This document shows positions 59,369 through 64,000 of a stretch of 64,000 nucleotides of DNA, piece after piece (position 1 is the first letter of the stretch; the number at the start of each line of letters is the position of its first letter). The stretch is from positions 64,001-128,000 of the forward strand of contig JAXHLW010000012.1 in assembly GCA_034521815.1 (NCBI GenBank). Reading direction: 5' to 3'. The stretch comes from Trueperaceae bacterium. GTDB taxonomy: Bacteria; Deinococcota; Deinococci; Deinococcales; Trueperaceae. The notes beneath the pieces are model-generated. The model was given only the letters and a program-made list of their open reading frames with translations. It ran no database searches and was not told where the DNA came from. The position numbers and the translations under genes are program-made.

Positions 59369-60090
59369 TCGTGGCGCGCGGCGACGAGGCGGCGGCGCGC
59401 GCCGAGGCGCTGGCCGCCGAGGTCCAGGACGGCGCGACCGTGATGGTCTCCGGCTTCGGCGAGCCGGGCACCCCGTTCCTGCTGCTCGACGCGCTGGCTC
59501 GCTGCGGCGGACGCGAGCTGACCGTCGTCAAGAACGACGCGAACGAGGCCGGCATCGGTGTCGGCCGGCTGCTGGACGAAGACCGCGTGAAGCGCCTGAT
59601 CGCCTCGCACATCGGGCTGAACCGCGACGCCATGGCCGCCTGGAACGACGGCCGGATCGAGGTCGAGATCCACCCGCAAGGCCTCCTGGCCGAGCGGATC
59701 CGCTGCGGTGGCGCGGGCCTGCCCGCGTTCCTGGCCGACCTGGACGCGGACCTCCTGCCCGCCACGCCCGACGCGCGCGAGACGATGACCTGGCGCGGAC
59801 GCACCGTCACGATCGAGCCCGCGTTGCGCGCCGACGTGGCGCTGATCCACGCCGCGGCGGCGGACCGCTGGGGGAACCTGCGCTACCACGCCACCGCGCG
59901 CAACTTCGCGCCGGCGATGGCCATGGCCGCGGACCGCGTCTGGGTCACGGTGGACGTGCTGAGCGACACGCCGCTGGATCCCGACACGGTCGTCACGCCC
60001 GGCGCCTTCGTCGACGCGGTGCTCGAGCTTCCGCCCCACTACGATCCCGGCAGCAAGGCCGCCCGCATCCGGCGTGGAGAGCGGCCGTGA
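59365..60090 (+). CDS. 3-oxoacid CoA-transferase subunit A
   Basis: DGATVMVSGFG, LIASHIG, PQGLLAERIRCGGAG, GNLRY..TARNF, TPGAFVD. Confidence 0.9.
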   Translation: MIVARGDEAAARAEALAAEVQDGATVMVSGFGEPGTPFLLLDALARCGGRELTVVKNDANEAGIGVGRLLDEDRVKRLIASHIGLNRDAMAAWNDGRIEVEIHPQGLLAERIRCGGAGLPAFLADLDADLLPATPDARETMTWRGRTVTIEPALRADVALIHAAAADRWGNLRYHATARNFAPAMAMAADRVWVTVDVLSDTPLDPDTVVTPGAFVDAVLELPPHYDPGSKAARIRRGERP

Positions 60091-60887
60091 GCCCCTCGCA
60101 GGACCGCTCCGCCGACCGCTCCGCCAACCGCGCCCCGAGCCGAGCCGAGGCGCGCGAGCGGATCGCGGCGCGCGCCGCGCTGGAGGTCCGCGCCGGCGAG
60201 ATCGTCAACCTCGGGATCGGCCTGCCGACCGAGGTGGCCCGCCACCTCCCGAGCGACGGGTCGGTCCGTGTGCACGCCGAGAACGGCATCGTCGGGATGG
60301 GCCCGGCAGCGGGGCCGGGCAGCGAGGATCCCGACCTGATCGACGCCGGCGGCCGCTACGTCACGGTGCTGCCCGGCGCGGCGTACCTGGACAGCGTCAC
60401 CTCGTTCGCGCTGGTGCGGGGCGGCCGCGTCGGGGTGTGCGTGCTGGGCGCGTTCGAGACCGACGTGCGCGGCGACCTGGCGAACTGGCGGGTGCCGGGT
60501 CGCGCGGCGCCCGGGGTGGGCGGCGCGATGGAGCTGGCCCAGCGCGTGCCGCGCGTGATCGTCACGACGCTCCATACCGACCGCAGCGGCGCACCCAAGC
60601 TGGTCCAGCGCTGCGCCTTGCCGTTGACCGCGCGCGGCTGCGTGACGCGGATCGTGACGGAGCTGGCGGTGCTGGAGCCGGCCGGCGATCGTTTCCGCCT
60701 GCTGGAGCTGGCCCCCGGAGCGACGCTGGACGAGGTTCGCACCGCGACGGGCGCCGAGCTGGACGACGCGGCCGTGCAGGCGTGGGGCGGCTCGGTCGGC
60801 GCTGCCGATACCCGCCGAGCTGGCGACGCCCGCCGCGGAGCCGACGCGGGCGATCCGACCTCGGCCGACGACGAGAAAGGAGCTTGA
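60087..60887 (+). CDS. 3-oxoacid CoA-transferase subunit B
   Basis: VNLGIGLPT, HAENG (catalytic Glu), GDLANW, GVGGAMEL, C.LPLT. Confidence 0.92.
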   Translation: MSPSQDRSADRSANRAPSRAEARERIAARAALEVRAGEIVNLGIGLPTEVARHLPSDGSVRVHAENGIVGMGPAAGPGSEDPDLIDAGGRYVTVLPGAAYLDSVTSFALVRGGRVGVCVLGAFETDVRGDLANWRVPGRAAPGVGGAMELAQRVPRVIVTTLHTDRSGAPKLVQRCALPLTARGCVTRIVTELAVLEPAGDRFRLLELAPGATLDEVRTATGAELDDAAVQAWGGSVGAADTRRAGDARRGADAGDPTSADDEKGA

Positions 60888-60888
60888 C

Positions 60889-62217
60889 GTGACCGACCTT
60901 CCCCCGGAGTCCAGCGTCGCCCTCGACGCGGAGGTGCTCAACGCGATCGACGCGGCCGTCGACGAGCTGCGCGACGAGCGCACCGAGTTCCTGGCCGACC
61001 TGGTCCGCTTCCGGAGCGTGCTGGGACGCGAGGCGGGCGTGCAGCGGCGCATGGCGGACGCGTTCGAGGACGCCGGCCTGGCGGTCGACGCCTGGAACGT
61101 CCGCTACGACGACCTGAAGGACCTGCCCGGCTTCTCGCCGGTCGACTGGGACGACGGCGAGCGACCGAACGTCGTGGGCGTGCACCGCGTCGCCCGGCCG
61201 GCCGGACGCTCGCTGATCCTGAACGGTCACGTGGACGTCGTGCCCGCCGGACCCGAGGGGCTCTGGACCTCGCCGCCGTACGAGCCCGAGATACGCGGCG
61301 GCAGGATGTACGGCCGCGGCGCGGGCGACATGAAGTCGGGGCTCGCGGCGTACCTCTACGCCTACAAGGCGCTGCTCCTGGCGGGGTTCGAGCCCGCCTC
61401 GGAGCTGATCCTGCAGAGCGTGATCGAGGAGGAGTGCACCGGCAACGGCGCGCTGGCCACCGTTCAGCGCGGCTACCGCGCCGACGCGGCGATCATTCCC
61501 GAGCCGTTCGACCACACCATCCTCACCGAGCAGCTGGGCGTCCTGTGGGTCCGGGTGGCGGTCCACGGGCGACCGACCCACGTGCTCGAGGCCACCGCCG
61601 GCTCGGACGCGATCCGGCTGGCGTGGCAGCTGACCGAGGAGCTGCGCCGGCTCGAGGCCGAGATGAACCGCGACGAGGCGCGCCCGGCGGCGTACCGCGA
61701 CGCGGTGCACCCGATCAACGTGAACGTCGGCCGGATCGCGGGGGGCGAGTGGACCTCGTCCGTGCCGGCCGCGTGCACGTTCGACGCCCGCATCGGGTTC
61801 TTCCCCGGCACCTCGGCCGCCGAGGCCAAGCGCATCGTCGAGCGCCGCATCGCCGACTTCGCCGCAGCGCACCCCGTGCTGCGCGACGACCCGCCCACGC
61901 TGACGTGGGTCGGGTTCCAGGCCGAGCCGTACACGATCCGGGCCGACGCCGCGCCGCTGCGAGAGCTCGCCGAGGTGCACCGCGGCGTGTTCGGCACCCG
62001 CCCCCGCACGCTGGCCAGCACCGCCACGACCGACGCGCGCATCCTGGGCCAGATCGGCGGCGTGCCGACCACCTGCTACGGGCCGCAGGCCAGCGCCATC
62101 CACGGCGTCGACGAGTCGGTCGACCTGGAGAGCGTGCACCAGGTCACCCGGGTGCTGGCGCGCTTCGTGGCGTCGTGGTGCGGGCTGCGGCCGGTGGGCC
62201 GCCCGGGCGCCGCGTGA
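60889..62217 (+). CDS. ArgE/DapE family (M20) deacylase
   Basis: GRSLILNGHVDVVP, YGRGAGDMK, EEECTGNG, ATTDAR, YGP....IH..DE. Confidence 0.92.
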   Translation: MTDLPPESSVALDAEVLNAIDAAVDELRDERTEFLADLVRFRSVLGREAGVQRRMADAFEDAGLAVDAWNVRYDDLKDLPGFSPVDWDDGERPNVVGVHRVARPAGRSLILNGHVDVVPAGPEGLWTSPPYEPEIRGGRMYGRGAGDMKSGLAAYLYAYKALLLAGFEPASELILQSVIEEECTGNGALATVQRGYRADAAIIPEPFDHTILTEQLGVLWVRVAVHGRPTHVLEATAGSDAIRLAWQLTEELRRLEAEMNRDEARPAAYRDAVHPINVNVGRIAGGEWTSSVPAACTFDARIGFFPGTSAAEAKRIVERRIADFAAAHPVLRDDPPTLTWVGFQAEPYTIRADAAPLRELAEVHRGVFGTRPRTLASTATTDARILGQIGGVPTTCYGPQASAIHGVDESVDLESVHQVTRVLARFVASWCGLRPVGRPGAA

Positions 62218-63458
62218 CGCGGGCCGGACCGCGCGACGCGGTCGTCGTCTCCGCCGTCCGCACGCCCACCGGCAAGGGTCGCCCGGCGCGGCCCGGCAAG
62301 CCGGGCGGCGCGCTGCACGGCTGGCACCCGGTCGATCTGGCCGCCGCCGTGTTGCGCGCCGCGGTCGAGCGTGCCGGCCTGGACCCGGACCGGCTCGAGC
62401 CGGACGCGATCGACGACGTGCTGATCGGCTGCGTGGGCCAGGCCGCCGAGCAGTCGTTCAACGTCGCCCGCAACGCCGTGCTGGCGGCGGGACTGCCGGA
62501 GTCGGTGCCGGCCGCGACGATCGACCGGCAGTGCGGCTCGTCGCAGCAGGCGCTGACGTTCGCCGCGCAGGCGATCCGCGCCGGCGACCAGGACGCCGTG
62601 CTGGTGGGCGGCGTCGAGTCGATGTCGCGCGTGCCGATGGGCTCGGCCGCGGCGGGCGCCGACCCGTACGGTCCCGGCGTCGCCGCTCGCTACGACGGCG
62701 GGCTGGTGCCGCAGGGCATCTCGGCCGAGCTGATCGCCGCCCGCTGGGGCCTGTCACGCGCCGAGCTCGACGCGTTCGCGGCCCGCTCGCACCGGCTGGT
62801 GGACGATGCGGGCGCACGCGGCGCGGTGGACGCCGAGCTGCTGCCGCTGCCGGTGGACCGGGGCGACGGTCGAACCGGCGAGACCTTGGGTCGGGACGAA
62901 GGCGTGCGGCCCGGCACCACCGCGGAGACGCTCGCCTCGCTAGAGCCGGCGTTCCGCGACGCGGCGTGGGAGCGCCGCTTCCCCGAGCTGGCGTGGGTGG
63001 TGCACGCCGGCAACGCCTCCCAGCTCGCAGACGGCGCGGCGGCGCTGCTGGTGATGGCGCGCGAGCGGGCCGAGGCGGACGGCCTGGTGCCGCGCGCCCG
63101 GGTCCGGACCTCCGTCGTGGTGGGCAGTGATCCGATCCTGAACCTGACGGGGGTCATCCCCGCCACGCGCAAGGCGCTGCGCCGGGCGGGCCTCGCCGTC
63201 GGCGACGTCGGCGCGTTCGAGGTGAACGAGGCGTTCGCGCCGGTCGTGCTGGCGTGGCTGGCCGAGATCGGCGCCGACCCCGCGCGCGTGAACGTGCGCG
63301 GCGGGGCGATCGCCAACGGTCACCCGCTGGGCGCGTCGGGCGCGAAGCTGACGACGACGCTGCTGCACGTGATGGAGGAACGCGGCGTCGAGCTGGGTCT
63401 GCAGGTGATGTGCGAGGGGGGCGGGATGGCGAACGCGACGGTGTTCGAGCGGGGGTGA
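62214..63458 (+). CDS. Acetyl-CoA C-acyltransferase (thiolase)
   Basis: VRTPTGK, IDRQCGSSQQ, GGVESMS, VNEAFA, GHPLGASG, MCEGGG. Confidence 0.95.
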   Translation: MTRAGPRDAVVVSAVRTPTGKGRPARPGKPGGALHGWHPVDLAAAVLRAAVERAGLDPDRLEPDAIDDVLIGCVGQAAEQSFNVARNAVLAAGLPESVPAATIDRQCGSSQQALTFAAQAIRAGDQDAVLVGGVESMSRVPMGSAAAGADPYGPGVAARYDGGLVPQGISAELIAARWGLSRAELDAFAARSHRLVDDAGARGAVDAELLPLPVDRGDGRTGETLGRDEGVRPGTTAETLASLEPAFRDAAWERRFPELAWVVHAGNASQLADGAAALLVMARERAEADGLVPRARVRTSVVVGSDPILNLTGVIPATRKALRRAGLAVGDVGAFEVNEAFAPVVLAWLAEIGADPARVNVRGGAIANGHPLGASGAKLTTTLLHVMEERGVELGLQVMCEGGGMANATVFERG

Positions 63459-63480
63459 GGGCCGGGCGTCGGGGGCCCCG

Positions 63481-63507
63481 CCAGGCGTGGGTGTCCAGGA
63501 GAATCAC
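63481..63507 (-). pseudogene. vapC: N-terminal stump of a VapC/PIN toxin
   Basis: GTG overlapping the antitoxin stop reads MILLDTHAW, then PIN similarity stops and the thiolase 3' end begins about 20 bp later. Confidence 0.7.
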
Positions 63508-63734
63508 GTCGACGCTTCCCACTCCGTGTCGCCGACCGGTTCCGTGGGATCGTCGTAGCGCAGGACGCAGCCCCGGAGGCTCGCCAAGAGGTCGTCGGCA
63601 GGCGCGTGGGGCTCGATGCGGACGACGGGACGCCCACGGTCGGTGATGATCAGCGGTTCACCGGTCCGTTCGACCTCCCGCAGGTAGGCCAGCGCCTTCG
63701 GTGCGAACTGGGACTTCGAGACCTGCCTCGTCAC
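63504..63734 (-). CDS. Phd/YefM family antitoxin
   Basis: GAGGAG RBS; VSKSQFAPKALAYLREVERTGEPLIITDRGRPV; C-terminal LRG.VLRYDDPTEPV...W. Confidence 0.88.
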   Translation of the reverse strand: MTRQVSKSQFAPKALAYLREVERTGEPLIITDRGRPVVRIEPHAPADDLLASLRGCVLRYDDPTEPVGDTEWEAST

Positions 63735-63757
63735 GGGAGCCTCCTCGTCGACGTCGA

Positions 63758-63784
63758 TATGGACCATAGTCACGGCCCATGGTC
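63758..63784. promoter_or_regulatory. Probable antitoxin operator overlapping the -10 box
   Basis: TATGG-A-CCATA palindrome (63758-63768) and GACCAT...ATGGTC inverted repeat; -10 TATGGT on the minus strand. Confidence 0.55.
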
Positions 63785-63825
63785 GTTTTCCAGGCGCCCC
63801 TCGTTGCGCCGGCCCGCTCCGGGGC

Positions 63826-64000
63826 CTACCCCTTCCTCACCTTCCACACCAGCTCGCTCGGCCACCGACGCGCCCACGCGGACGTCACGAAGAACGCCGT
63901 CTCCGGCGCGCCCTCGCCCGGCCGCGGCTCGCGCAGGTCCTCGATCACGAAGCCGGTGGCGCGAAACAGGGCCGCCCACTCGGAGAGCGGCAGGGTGAAC
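63826..64000 (-). CDS. 3' end of a probable class I SAM methyltransferase (start outside the window)
   Basis: Hand translation FTLPLSEWAALFRATGFVIEDLREPRP...WARRWPSELVWKVRKG*. Confidence 0.55.
   Translation of the reverse strand, partial: FTLPLSEWAALFRATGFVIEDLREPRPGEGAPETAFFVTSAWARRWPSELVWKVRKG

Overview
This 64 kb window is very GC-rich bacterial chromosome with no rRNA, tRNA, CRISPR array, integrase or transposase that I can see. Many start codons sit 5-9 nt behind a TAnnnT-type -10 box with no RBS (leaderless genes). That and the style of the SARP-like ATPase/TPR regulators suggest Deinococcota, possibly Trueperaceae; this is inference only. Frameshifts are dense at about 14.5-23.5 kb and 39-42.6 kb, scattered at 2-13 kb and 30-33 kb, and I found none at 43-64 kb; most are probably long-read indels. 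Contents, left to right: (1) a cluster of small stand-alone domain proteins (2x DUF2249, DUF1858, ScdA_N/DUF542, 2 cupins, 2 His-bearing membrane proteins); (2) an ArsM-ArsN2 fusion and an MntA/HepT TA pair; (3) VIT1, YnfA, alpha-amylase, a Crp/Fnr regulator, a GAF-GGDEF protein and flavodoxin; (4) two SARP-ATPase-TPR regulators; (5) birA-oadGAB; (6) OsmC plus a methyltransferase, ldhA-lctP; (7) a nosD-F-X-L-L-Y cluster without nosZ next to a ZIP transporter; (8) peptidases and a cold-shock gene; (9) a betA/betB-like, peptide-ABC, aminotransferase, CoA-transferase, deacylase and thiolase catabolic locus; (10) an orphan Phd antitoxin. The strongest signal is a palindrome, CCATGAC-N4-GTCATGG, found three times. 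Its centre lies 41.5-43.5 bp upstream of four leaderless start codons, the class II CRP/FNR activation position, tying the DUF2249 cluster and flavodoxin into one putative regulon of unknown function. All product calls are by motif recognition by eye; no searches were run.
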